In this document: positions 49,046 to 59,590 of the stretch, one piece after another
Position numbering within the stretch: the first letter of the stretch is position 1
Layout of the letters: each line of letters starts with the position of its first letter
Source: an uncultured delta proteobacterium
GTDB taxonomy: Bacteria; Desulfobacterota; Desulfobacteria; Desulfobacterales; Desulfatirhabdiaceae
Length of the DNA stretch: 64,000 bases
Assembly: GCA_963789395.1 (NCBI GenBank)
Contig: CAWBKP010000012.1
Coordinates: 256,001-320,000 of the forward strand
Direction of reading: 5' to 3'
Position numbers and translations under genes: made by a program
The notes under the pieces: generated by a model
What the model was told of the DNA's origin: nothing
Database searches by the model: none
The model's input: only the letters and a program-made list of their open reading frames with translations

Positions 49046-49747
49046 ATGAAGAGCACCATGACATACGCCGAATTCTGTCAGCAAGTCAATATCTCCAAAA
49101 TGGAGATATACCAGGAATCCTTTTCTGAAAACCGTCAAACCAAGCGTATCAAAAAAGAAAAAACGGCGGTCAAAAACCTGGATACTATTTTTGGCGCGGT
49201 TCTGAAAATCAGCAACAAAAAAGGATTCAAGTCCATGAGCATGAGGGATCTCAGCCAGGAATGCGGGCTGAGCATGGGCGCTCTTTATAATTATTTTTCC
49301 AGCAAGGATGAACTCCTTGAAATGCTTCAGCACCAGCGGCGATCCATTACCGGAAAAATCCTTGAAGAACGAATTGCATCCGAAGACTCCGCGCCCGCCA
49401 GGCTGAAGGCTGCTATCTTTAGCCACCTGTATCTGAGCGAAGCCATGCAGCCTTGGTTCTATTTTTCGTTCATGGAGACCAAAAACCTTTCTGACACTGA
49501 AAAGCAGAAAGCCATAGATAGCGAACTGGCAACGGAAAAACTGATTTGCGATATCCTGATTCAGGGGCAGGAACAAAACGTGTTCAACCAACATGATCCT
49601 CAGCTTGGGGCTTGCATGATCAAGGCCATGCTTCAGGACTGGTATTTGAAACGGGGGAAATACGCTGGCAAAAATATTTCTGTCGATCAGTACGCAGCAT
49701 ATCTTCAAGAATTTGTAGCAGCATTTTTCTTGAAAGCCCCAAGTTGA
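49046..49747 (+). CDS. TetR/AcrR transcriptional regulator
   Basis: KGFKSMSMRDLSQECGLSMGALYNYFSSKDELL. Confidence 0.92.
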   Translation: MKSTMTYAEFCQQVNISKMEIYQESFSENRQTKRIKKEKTAVKNLDTIFGAVLKISNKKGFKSMSMRDLSQECGLSMGALYNYFSSKDELLEMLQHQRRSITGKILEERIASEDSAPARLKAAIFSHLYLSEAMQPWFYFSFMETKNLSDTEKQKAIDSELATEKLICDILIQGQEQNVFNQHDPQLGACMIKAMLQDWYLKRGKYAGKNISVDQYAAYLQEFVAAFFLKAPS

Positions 49748-49817
49748 TTTTTTATCGAAATATTATCTGTTTAGGTGAACGCATTGATCAAGGCCCAGGA
49801 TTGTCAAAGGAGAGGTT

Positions 49818-50876
49818 ATGGAATTGATGGATCAGGCATCGGAAGTGCGCAGTGGCGAAGAACTTGATGCAGCAAAAGTTGAATCTTTTCTTCGAGATTC
49901 GATTCCGCATCTCGGGGGGAAAATGACTGTCCGGCAATTTCCGGGCGGTCATTCGAATCTGACCTATCTGATCACTTTTGAAAACAGGGAAATGGTTCTG
50001 CGCAGGCCACCCTTTGGCGCCAAAGCCAAATCCGCCCATGACATGGGACGTGAATACCGGATACTGAAAGCGCTGAAACCTTTTTACCCCTATTGTCCGG
50101 AACCGCTCGCGTATTCCGACGACTTGGATGTCATGGGCTGTCCCTTTTATGTCATGGAGCGCATTCAGGGGATTATTTTGCGCCGGAATCTGCCCAAGGG
50201 AATGGTTATGACCTCGAACCAGGTGGAACGCCTGTTTCAGAAAGTGATTGAAACCCATTATGCACTGCATCGTCTCGACTATCGGAAAATCGGGCTGGAA
50301 GGCTTCGGCAAACCCGAAGGATATGTCCGTCGTCAGGTGGAAGGATGGAGCAGACGTTATCGGGCTGCCCGGACTCCGGACGCACCGGAGTTTGAATCCG
50401 TAATGGCCTGGCTGGATACGCATCAACCAGGGGACTCATCCCACCCCTGCATCATTCACAATGATTTTAAATTCGACAACATTGTTCTGAACAGCGGCGA
50501 CCCCTTAAGCATCATCGGCGTTCTGGACTGGGAAATGGCCACCATCGGCGATCCGCTGATGGATCTGGGCAGCACACTGGGATACTGGGTGGAACCGGGC
50601 GACCCCCCGGAGATGCAGGCCATGAAAACCCTTCCCACCCACCTTGAAGGCGCGCTGACCCGAAAGCAGATGGTTGCATATTACAGCAGCCTTTCCGGCA
50701 GATCCGTGGACCATTACGAATTCTATTACGGATTCGGTCTGTTCCGCCTGGCTGTCATCGCCCAGCAGATCTATTACCGTTTTTACCATGGACAGACCAA
50801 GGACCAGCGGTTCCAGTCCCTGATCTTTGCAGTAACCATTCTTGAAAAGACCGCCACACAGCTCCTGGGTCTTTAA
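49818..50876 (+). CDS. APH-family phosphotransferase (ACAD10/11 N-terminal kinase-like)
   Basis: QFPGGHSNLTY, LRRPP, AHDMGREY, HNDFKFDN, LDWEMATIGDPLMDLG. Confidence 0.9.
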   Translation: MELMDQASEVRSGEELDAAKVESFLRDSIPHLGGKMTVRQFPGGHSNLTYLITFENREMVLRRPPFGAKAKSAHDMGREYRILKALKPFYPYCPEPLAYSDDLDVMGCPFYVMERIQGIILRRNLPKGMVMTSNQVERLFQKVIETHYALHRLDYRKIGLEGFGKPEGYVRRQVEGWSRRYRAARTPDAPEFESVMAWLDTHQPGDSSHPCIIHNDFKFDNIVLNSGDPLSIIGVLDWEMATIGDPLMDLGSTLGYWVEPGDPPEMQAMKTLPTHLEGALTRKQMVAYYSSLSGRSVDHYEFYYGFGLFRLAVIAQQIYYRFYHGQTKDQRFQSLIFAVTILEKTATQLLGL

Positions 50877-50955
50877 CCTGCCGTTTTCTACAGTCCACTG
50901 ATTGCAGTTTTCTTATATGTCATCAGTAACTTATTGATTGATATAGGGAGGTAAA

Positions 50956-52869
50956 ATGAACCATACACATTATCCTTTTTGGCCGAAACGTCTTCCCAAA
51001 TTCATGCCGATCCCGCAAGTCCCCCTCCATGACCTCCTGGAAACGTCCGCCAGGCGATATCCGGACCGGACTGCCATGATTTACTACGGCACGGATATTT
51101 CTTACCATGAATTCTGGAAACAGGCACTCCAATTTGCAGGCTCGCTTTATGACATCGGTATCCGGACGGGTGACCGCGTGGCCGAAGATGAAGCCGATTG
51201 TCTGAATATCATCCGTCAGTTCTTGTCCTATTTGCCTTCCCACTGCATGGAGTTGCCGCCGGTTGCAACGGTTCCACCGGAATCGGGCGCTGAAATGCCG
51301 CGGATTCTGGACCTTCTTCCTGAAAAGCGCAACCGGACCTATGACATGCACAAAATCATCCTTTGCATTGTCGATAGCGCCTCGCTTTTTCCCGTCAAGC
51401 CAACTTTCGGCCAGGCGGCACTGCTCTGTCACGCATCGAAGGAAGCGTTGTCGGCATCTTAATGGGCAATTGCCCCCAGTACATGATCGCACATTTCGGC
51501 ATTCAGAAAATCGGCGCCATTGTCTGCCTCTGCTCACCACTGTCAAGAAAATGGAACTGGCGCACGAACTCATTGACGCCGGAATTGAAATCATCGTTGC
51601 ATGGGACCTGCTGATGCCAGTTGTCTATGAGGTTCTGGAACAGACAGCGCTGCGCAAAATCGTGACAGCCCACCTGAGCGATTATATCCCGGCCATCCCC
51701 ACGCTCCCCTTCCCGATATCATGAAAATCCCGAAACAATCCATTGCCGGAACGGACGACTTTCTGCAGCTCCTCTCCGATAGCCCTGCAGTGCCTGCCGA
51801 TATGGTCATCGACATGCAACAGGATATCGGCCTGTTTCAGTACACGGGCGGCACCACCGGCCTGCCCAAGGGCTGCATGCTCAGCCATTATGCTGCGCTT
51901 TTTAAAACGGCCGCGGTATGCACGATCACTGAAATGAAAAAAGAGGATGTTTGCCTGGTCACCATGCCGATTTTCCACAGCGTCGGGATGCTGGCAGGAA
52001 TGAACAGTTGTATATATGCGGGCACCACCCAGGTCCTTTTGACCCTTTTTGATGCCAAAACAGCCATGCAGGCCATTGCCCAGTACCGCATTCGCTTCTG
52101 GTACAGCGCTGTACCCATGAATGTGGCGATCCTGTTCTCATCCGGATGCTGCAAGCTATGATCTAAGCAGCCTGAAACTGTGCCTGACCTCTTCTTTCGG
52201 CATTCAACTGACGGAAGAGATTTCCCGAAATTGGTCCAACTTCACAAACGGAGGCCTTCTGATCGAAGGTGCTTACGGTTTGAGCGAAACGCACACGGCA
52301 GACACTTACATGCCAAAAAACAACATCAAGTATGGCGCTACGGGAATTCCCGGATTTGAGCAGGAATTCAGGATTGTCGATCTGACAGACCGGAACCGGG
52401 AGGTGCCGCTGGGCGAACCCGGAGAGATTGTCCTGAAAAACCCTGCGGTTTTCAAAGGTTACTGGAACCAGCCCGAAGCCACCCGGAATAGCCTGATTGA
52501 TGGATGGGTCCATACCGGCGACATTGGTCGTTTTGATGAAGACGGATATTTATTTCTTCTGGGCAGAAAAAAGAGATGATCAAGGTCAGCGGCTTTTCCG
52601 TATTTCCGGAAGAAGTGGAGCTCATTTTGAACCGGCACCCGGCTGTGGCCCTGTCAGCGGTCATCGGTGTACCGGATCCCAACAAAGGGGAAGTGGTCAA
52701 GGCCTTTATTGTCATCCGCTCCGGCTTCAGTCTTACATCGGAGGCGCTTCAACAATGGGCCAGAGAAAATATATCGTCTTATAAGTGCCCGGCTCAAGTG
52801 GAATTCAGAGATTCCCTGCCCACACTGGGAACCGGCAAACTGCTGCGCCGGGCCTTGAAAGATACCTGA
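50956..52869 (+). pseudogene. Long-chain acyl-CoA synthetase interrupted by a 272-bp foreign insert and about 4 frameshifts
   Basis: Fragments GDRVA|ILMGNCPQY, QYTGGTTGLPKG, GAYGLSET, TGDIG, GRKK|MIKVSG, PTLGTGK lie in different frames. Confidence 0.8.
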
Positions 52870-53020
52870 CAGCTGATCCTGTTGCAAATTACCTTTCAAC
52901 CATGATATGAGTTCGACCGAGCTTCATTATCACCTTCATGTGTTTGGGTGTCGTTTGCATCGGGCCACGGTATCACCAAATCGCTAAGAAGGCTTTCTTT
53001 TAACCAATTTCCATCAGTCG

Positions 53021-54404
53021 GTGAAACATGCGGCAAAGACATCAGGCATGATCAGAAAAATTCATCCCGCAACCATCATCATCCTTAGTTTTCTGGATTG
53101 CATCAGCGTTGGAACCGTCCTGATCACGCTACCAGTTTCAAATGCTTCCGGCTACATTTCCTTTATGGATGCGCTTTTTACCGTAACTTCAGCCGTATGC
53201 GTCACCGGGCTTACCGTTCTGGACACTGGCTCCCATTTCACGCTGTTCGGACAAACCGTTATTCTATTACTGATACAGGTCGGCGGACTGGGACTCATGA
53301 CCATATCCGTGGTATTTTTCAGATTCCTTGGAATAAAGCGTTTCCTTCCAGCATCGCAGGGTCATGCAGGAATCCTTTTCCCATACCCCCCGAAAAGACA
53401 TCTATGCATTGCTTAAATCCATCTTTATTTTTTCAGGTCTTACCGAACTGCTTGGTGCTGTTTTGCTGGCGATTTACTGGAGCCGGGATTTTCCGATTCC
53501 TCAGGCTGCATATTTTGCGGTATTCCACTCGGTTTCAGCATTTTGCAATGCCGGCTTTTCTCTTTTTGCCGCCAACCTTGCCGACTACAGGGATTCGGTA
53601 ACGGTCAATCTTACCATCTGCGGCCTGATCATTTTAGGTGGCATCGGATTTCCGGTTATTTTTGACATTTATGAATATCTCTCCAAAAGGCGACGTAAAC
53701 GCGTTAAATTTTCCCTTCAAACAAAAATTGCAGCAACCACCACGTGCATTCTGATTTTTGCCGGTATGGGTTTATATCTGATGTTGGAACAAAACAACTC
53801 CATGAAAGGATTAAACCCTACCCAAAAAATCCTGGGCGCCTTCTTCCAGTCCGTTACCGCCAGAACCGCCGGATTCAATACACTGGATTTTTCCACGCTT
53901 AGCGATGCAGGGGCATTTTTGATGATGATTCTCATGTTTATCGGTGCATCGCCCGGTTCATGCGCCGGCGGCGTTAAGACCACGACCATTACGGTTCTGG
54001 CTGTTGCTGCGATAGCCAGACTTAAAGGCATGTTCCATCCCAATATTTACAAAAAAACCATCAGCGACGGCAATATCAAAAAAAGTCTGGACATTGTCGG
54101 CATATCGGTTTTTTTCATAACCATTATTTTTTTCTTGATGTTGATCACGCAGCCGCCGTCACCCATTTCCGGTCCGATGGCTCCCAGTCGATTTCGAATT
54201 TATCTTTTTGAAGTCCTATCTGCATTCGGAACCGTGGGTCTTTCCATGGGCGCTACCAAGCTGATCAACGACTGGGGCAGATTTCTGCTTGTCATCATGA
54301 TGTTGATCGGCCGGGTCGGTGCCCTCAGTTTTCTTTATTTCATTGCCGGTGATGGGAAAAAAGCGGGTTTTGAATATTCCGAAGAAAGCATGATGTTAGG
54401 ATAA
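53021..54404 (+). CDS. ktrB: Ktr/TrkH-family K+ (Na+) uptake membrane subunit, +1 frameshift at ~53335
   Basis: TSAVCVTGL, IQVGGLG; then FHSVSAFCNAGF, TARTAGF, SAFGTVGLS. Confidence 0.85.
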
Positions 54405-54407
54405 CAA

Positions 54408-55070
54408 ATGACAACCAAACGATTTGCAGTGATAGGTCTGGGGAAATTTGGCTTTCATGTGGCCAAATCACTTTTTGCGGAAGGACATGAGGTTGTGGCT
54501 ATCGATCAGGATCGAAAGCTCATTCGTGAAATCGATCCTTACTGCACCGAAGCCATCGTCATGGACGCCACGGACAAAGAAAATTTACTGGCTCTGGGAC
54601 TGCATGAAATGGACAGCGTGGTGGTCAGCGCCGGCGCAAAAATCAGCAACAGCATCCTGATCTGCCTTCACCTTAATGAAATCGGCGTAAAGAAAATCCT
54701 GGCCAAAGCCATGGATGATGACCATGCGAAAATCCTTAAAAAAGTCGGCGCAACGGAAGTCATTCGTCCGGAAATGTCCATGGCCATTCGCATCGCCAAA
54801 GGACTGTCTACTCCCAACATCCTGGATTTCATTCCTTTGGCCGAAGAATACAGCCTGCTACAGGTGGATCCTCCCAGAGCTTTCATAGGAAAGACCCTGA
54901 AAAATCTTGATCTTCGCGCCAGATACCATGTGCACATCATTGCCATAAAGGAATTCATTCCTGAAAATTTCATCCTTGCGCCACCGGCCGATTTTATAAT
55001 CAAGGACAGCGATCTATTGATCATCCTGGGCAAATCCGAAGACATTGGACGCATCAAAGAGTTAAAGTAG
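54408..55070 (+). CDS. ktrA: Ktr regulatory RCK subunit
   Basis: FAVIGLGKFG, KVGATEVIRPE, C-terminal RCK_C (GKTLKNLDLRARY). Confidence 0.9.
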   Translation: MTTKRFAVIGLGKFGFHVAKSLFAEGHEVVAIDQDRKLIREIDPYCTEAIVMDATDKENLLALGLHEMDSVVVSAGAKISNSILICLHLNEIGVKKILAKAMDDDHAKILKKVGATEVIRPEMSMAIRIAKGLSTPNILDFIPLAEEYSLLQVDPPRAFIGKTLKNLDLRARYHVHIIAIKEFIPENFILAPPADFIIKDSDLLIILGKSEDIGRIKELK

Positions 55071-55774
55071 TTTTGACTGTTTGACTTGGCAGACATATTC
55101 GCTCTTGGTGCGATCGGTCATCGTTTCAAAAGGAAATCCTTTCCTATGGTTCAGTATAATGAACAATTAATGTCATTCCTGAGGCAAGCGATCCCTATGC
55201 GCCAGATTCCATATGGCAACACAATTCTGCTTTCATTTTTTTCACAAGAGCTGTTCACCCAATATTCTCCGATAGGACCCTACAGCGCTTTGAAATACGC
55301 ATGGTTATTCCGACTTGAGTACATAAACCGCCACTTCTTGAAATCAAACATAGCAAAAAAAGCGCTTGACAATCCCATGCATTAAAATTATTCCAGTTAC
55401 ATTGTGGCTATGTGATAGCCCATAACCGTTCCCGAATCACAGGTTGTATTCGCCGCAACCATAACACCGAACATCCCTATAAACGGACATGACAGATGGT
55501 CGCCATTACCACGAAAGCTAATTGATGATCATCCAGATGAACCGTTCTTTTGAAAATATCCTTCAAAGCACTTCAAGTAAGCCGCTAAACGGTTCACATT
55601 GCTCAAGCGACACGTCGCAGAATTCAAGGATTGATACGGAATCTTGCTCACATAAATGATTACATGCATACAAATGGATTCCATACTACTGGGAAAAGGA
55701 GGTGATTTCTATCGTTTCAGGGCTTTCATAGTCTTAGCCTCATTCATTTCCGAATAAAAAAGGAGGAGCTGTCG

Positions 55775-56794
55775 ATGAATAGAAAAACAAGTATTTTTAT
55801 CAGCGTAATATGTTTTGTCGCAATGATTTTTTGTACGGTCACACTCAGTTCCGCAGAACCTGTCAAACTCACCTACAGCTGTTTTTTCCCGCCTTCCCAT
55901 ATTCAAAGCATTCTGGCGGAACAGTGGTCCAGGGAAGTTGAAAAACGAACCGCCGGCGCAGTAAAAATCGAATATTTCCCCGGGCAGACCCTTACCAAAT
56001 CCAACCAGTGCTATGATGGCGTGGTAGAAGGATTGTCGGATATCGGTTTTGCCGTTCTGGCCTATACGCCCGGCCGCTTTCCGGTCATGCTGGCAGTGGA
56101 TCTGCCGCTGGGTTACACCAGTGGCGAGGCGGCGACCAAAGTTGTCAATGATGTCTATAACCAGTTCAAACCCAAGGAACTGGATGATACGAAAGTCATG
56201 TATCTGCATGCACACGGACCGGGGTTGATCTTCACCAAAGACAAGCCGGTTCTGAAATTGGAAGACATGAAAGGCCTCAAGTTCAGAGGCCATGGAACCA
56301 GTGCCGAAGTTGTCAAGGCTTTGGGCGGCACGCCGATAGCCAAGCCCATGCCGGAAACTTATGAAATGCTGCAAAAAGGGGTCGTGGACGGGGCTGTCTA
56401 TCCGCTGGAATCCAACAAGGGCTGGAAACTGGGCGAGGTGGTCAAGTATTGTACAGCCAATTTTTCTTCCGCATACACCACATCATTTTTTGTCGTCATG
56501 AACAAAGACAAATGGAAAGCGCTTTCCCCCAATGTTCAGAAAATTATTGAGGAAATCAATGCGGAATGGGTCGTTAAGCACGGCGAAGCCTGGGACAACA
56601 GCGACATGATCGGATTGAAATATTTTCTGGAGCAGGGCGGCCAGATCAACGGGCAGGATAGCAAGGAAAGCGCCAAATGGAAAGCTGCGGTTGCACCCAT
56701 AATAGTTCAATATACCAAAGAGTTAAATAATAAAGGGTTGAACGGTAAACAAATTATCGAGTTTATTGAAACTGATTTGAAGAAGTATCAATGA
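55775..56794 (+). CDS. dctP: TRAP transporter solute-binding protein
   Basis: Signal peptide, YTPGRFP, DMKGLKFR, YEMLQKGVVDG, MNKDKW. Confidence 0.9.
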   Translation: MNRKTSIFISVICFVAMIFCTVTLSSAEPVKLTYSCFFPPSHIQSILAEQWSREVEKRTAGAVKIEYFPGQTLTKSNQCYDGVVEGLSDIGFAVLAYTPGRFPVMLAVDLPLGYTSGEAATKVVNDVYNQFKPKELDDTKVMYLHAHGPGLIFTKDKPVLKLEDMKGLKFRGHGTSAEVVKALGGTPIAKPMPETYEMLQKGVVDGAVYPLESNKGWKLGEVVKYCTANFSSAYTTSFFVVMNKDKWKALSPNVQKIIEEINAEWVVKHGEAWDNSDMIGLKYFLEQGGQINGQDSKESAKWKAAVAPIIVQYTKELNNKGLNGKQIIEFIETDLKKYQ

Positions 56795-56815
56795 TTGTCT
56801 GTAACCTGTAACGGT

Positions 56816-56897
56816 AAAAAAAGGGGGGCCGTGAGGGATTTTTCTGCTGAATGCCGTCTGAAATCCTTCCTGGCTCCCCTTTTCCAAATGGGGAGCC
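56816..56897. repeat. REP-like G/C-run hairpin element (copy 2)
   Basis: AAAAGGGGGGCCGTGAGGGATTTTT...AAATCCTTCCTGGCTCCCCTTTTCCAAATGGGGAG; resembles 42405-42500. Confidence 0.55.
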
Positions 56898-56972
56898 ATT
56901 TTCACGATTGCTGTCACCGCTACCGTAATATCTGTCGGTTCAACATTTTGATTAGAGGCATATGGAGTGCCC

Positions 56973-57470
56973 ATGGAAAAAATTGACAATATTGTATCAT
57001 GGATGTCCGATAAACTGAAAATCGCCGGCGCATTTTGCCTGGCTGCAATGATGCTGATTACCTGTGTCGATGTCGTGGGACGGTTTTTCAATACCCCAAT
57101 TCTGGGAGCGGTTGAATTTGTCGGTTTTTTCGCCACCCTGACGACTGCATTTGCTTTGCCCTACACCCACCAGATGGATGCCCATATCGGCGTGGAGCTT
57201 CTGGTCAATACGCTTTCCCAGAAAACGCAGCAGATCATCAACCTGATAACGCGGGTGGTCAGTTTTTTTCTGTTTGGAATCGTGACATGGCGGATGGCGG
57301 TTTATGCCAATACCATTCACCAGAGCGGTGAAGTTTCCATGACGTTGAAACTCCCTGAATATATCATCATGTATATAATAGCGGTTTGTTTTCTAATTTT
57401 TACGCTCATTTTGATGCTGGATGTTATCAAATTGACCGGCAAAATAAATAAAAATCATAATATCAAATGA
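56973..57470 (+). CDS. dctQ: TRAP small permease
   Basis: 4 TM; DVVGRFFN.PI.G..E, HIGVELL. Confidence 0.88.
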   Translation: MEKIDNIVSWMSDKLKIAGAFCLAAMMLITCVDVVGRFFNTPILGAVEFVGFFATLTTAFALPYTHQMDAHIGVELLVNTLSQKTQQIINLITRVVSFFLFGIVTWRMAVYANTIHQSGEVSMTLKLPEYIIMYIIAVCFLIFTLILMLDVIKLTGKINKNHNIK

Positions 57471-57546
57471 TTATCGCGCTGCAATGTATGAAACCGCATA
57501 GCTCTATGTGTTTAACAATAATCGGACAGATTGATAAAGGTGATAA

Positions 57547-58860
57547 ATGGATCCTGGGGTGATTGGCGTTTTGGGTATTGTGATCATGCTGATCTTGTTC
57601 ATGACCAAAATGCCGGTGGCATACGTCATGACAATTGTCGGATTAGTCGGTTTCTCTTTGATGAAATCCTGGACAGGGGGGCTCAATCTGCTGTCGCGAA
57701 GCATGTACGAGGCGTTCTCCTCGTATGGACTGACAACGATTCCCCTGTTTATCCTGATGGGACAGTTTGCGTTCAATGCGGGAATCGGCAAACGGCTTTA
57801 TGATACGGCTTATAAGTTTTTTGGAAATATCCGCGGTGGGCTGGCCATGGCTACCATTGCAGCGTGTACTGCTTTTGGCGCGGTGTGCGGTTCCAGTCCG
57901 GCCACGGCTGCAACGCTTGCAGTCGTCGGGCTTCCGGAAATGCGGCGGTATGGCTATGATGATGAATTGTCAACCGGATCTGTGGCATCAGGCGGCGGAC
58001 TGGGCATGATCATGCCACCCAGTGTGGTTCTGATCGTATACGGGGTGTTGACCGAACAGTCGATTGGCGCGCTCTTTGTTTCAGGTATCCTGCCTGCTCT
58101 ATTGATGACGCTATTGTATTTTATCTGTATTTATATCAGATGCTTACAGTCTCCGGAACTGGGGCCTCCGGGAGATAAATTCACCTGGGCGGAAAAATTC
58201 AAGTCTTTAAAAAATATGGCGGATACCGCGGTATGTTTTATCGTGGTGATGGGCGGTCTTTTCTGGGGAATTTTTACACCGACGGAAGCGGCCGGGGTCG
58301 GGGCGTTTTCGGTTCTGGCGGTTTCCGTTATCAGAAGACAACTGGACTGGAAAGGATTTGTAAAGTCCCTTTATGAAGCCCTTCGTACATCCTGTATGGT
58401 TATTTTTCTGATTGCCGGGGCGCTGGTCTTTGGCAAGTTTCTGGCCGTCACCCGGATTCCATTTAATGCAGCCAGTTGGGTCAGTGACTTGAACATGCCG
58501 AATTTCGTTGTGTTGTCCGCAATTTGTCTTATCTATATCATCGGCGGTTGCATCATGGATGCCCTGGCCCTGATCATGCTGACCATTCCGGTGTTTTATC
58601 CGGTGATCACCAATATGGGCTATGATCCGATCTGGTATGGGGTCATCATCGTACTGCTGACCCAGATCGGCGTTCTGACCCCGCCGGTGGGGATCAATGT
58701 CTATGTGGTGTATGGGGTGGCCCAGGGCGTTATCGGTAAGGTTCCGCTGGAGAAGATTTTCAAGGGCGTTGTGCCATTTATCATTGCAACGATTGTCGGG
58801 ATTATTCTGATGACCATTTTCCCGCAGATTATCCTGATTCTTCCCCGGTTGATGTACTGA
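57547..58860 (+). CDS. dctM: TRAP large permease
   Basis: IPLFILMG, GSSPATAA, LGMIMPPS, FTPTEAA, TPPVG. Confidence 0.92.
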   Translation: MDPGVIGVLGIVIMLILFMTKMPVAYVMTIVGLVGFSLMKSWTGGLNLLSRSMYEAFSSYGLTTIPLFILMGQFAFNAGIGKRLYDTAYKFFGNIRGGLAMATIAACTAFGAVCGSSPATAATLAVVGLPEMRRYGYDDELSTGSVASGGGLGMIMPPSVVLIVYGVLTEQSIGALFVSGILPALLMTLLYFICIYIRCLQSPELGPPGDKFTWAEKFKSLKNMADTAVCFIVVMGGLFWGIFTPTEAAGVGAFSVLAVSVIRRQLDWKGFVKSLYEALRTSCMVIFLIAGALVFGKFLAVTRIPFNAASWVSDLNMPNFVVLSAICLIYIIGGCIMDALALIMLTIPVFYPVITNMGYDPIWYGVIIVLLTQIGVLTPPVGINVYVVYGVAQGVIGKVPLEKIFKGVVPFIIATIVGIILMTIFPQIILILPRLMY

Positions 58861-58966
58861 TAAAACCACCCGGAATTATGATGCAATTGAATCGTACCGC
58901 CATCCCGAATAGAACTTGTCGGCGATTCGGCCAGGATATCCAATATCAGATGAGGAACTTTGAAAA

Positions 58967-59458
58967 ATGGAAAAGCAGAATAAACTGTTGAGTGGCAAAC
59001 GGGTTCTCATCGTCGATGATGAGCCGGATGTTCTGGACACACTGGAAGATTTACTGCCCATGTGTTCCGTGACAAAAGCGGCGTCATTTGAACAGGCCAA
59101 AGGGTACCTGCAAACAGAGTCCTTCGACGTCGCCATTCTGGATATTATGGGAGTAAATGGATATGACCTGCTGGCGCTGGCGCGTCAACGCCAGGTGATA
59201 TCCGTCATGCTGACCGCCCGGGCATTGACACCTGAAGACGTTAAAAAATCGTACATCGAAGGCGCTTCGTTTTATATCCCGAAGGAAGAAATGCTGCACA
59301 TCGACAGCTTTCTGGAAGATGTACTGGAAGAGCTGGAAGCAGGCAAAGACCCCTGGAACAGATGGGTGGACCGCATGGCCGGTTTTTGCGAGAAAACATT
59401 CGGCTCCAAATGGCAGCAGAAAGACCCCGGATTCTGGGATAAATTCCCGTTCTATTAA
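58967..59458 (+). CDS. Receiver-domain response regulator with short Trp-rich C-terminal tail
   Basis: LIVDDEPD, ILDIMG, LTA, YIPK. Confidence 0.85.
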   Translation: MEKQNKLLSGKRVLIVDDEPDVLDTLEDLLPMCSVTKAASFEQAKGYLQTESFDVAILDIMGVNGYDLLALARQRQVISVMLTARALTPEDVKKSYIEGASFYIPKEEMLHIDSFLEDVLEELEAGKDPWNRWVDRMAGFCEKTFGSKWQQKDPGFWDKFPFY

Positions 59459-59590
59459 GGGCTGTCAATTCCGAAAAGCGGCAACAAAAACCCCTCTTTG
59501 CTATAGAAACAGGGGTATTTGTCGCCGGTCCAAAAGGAGTATTTAGCCAGTTTCATCGTTTCTCCCTATAAAGCGTTGTTTGGCATGTGT

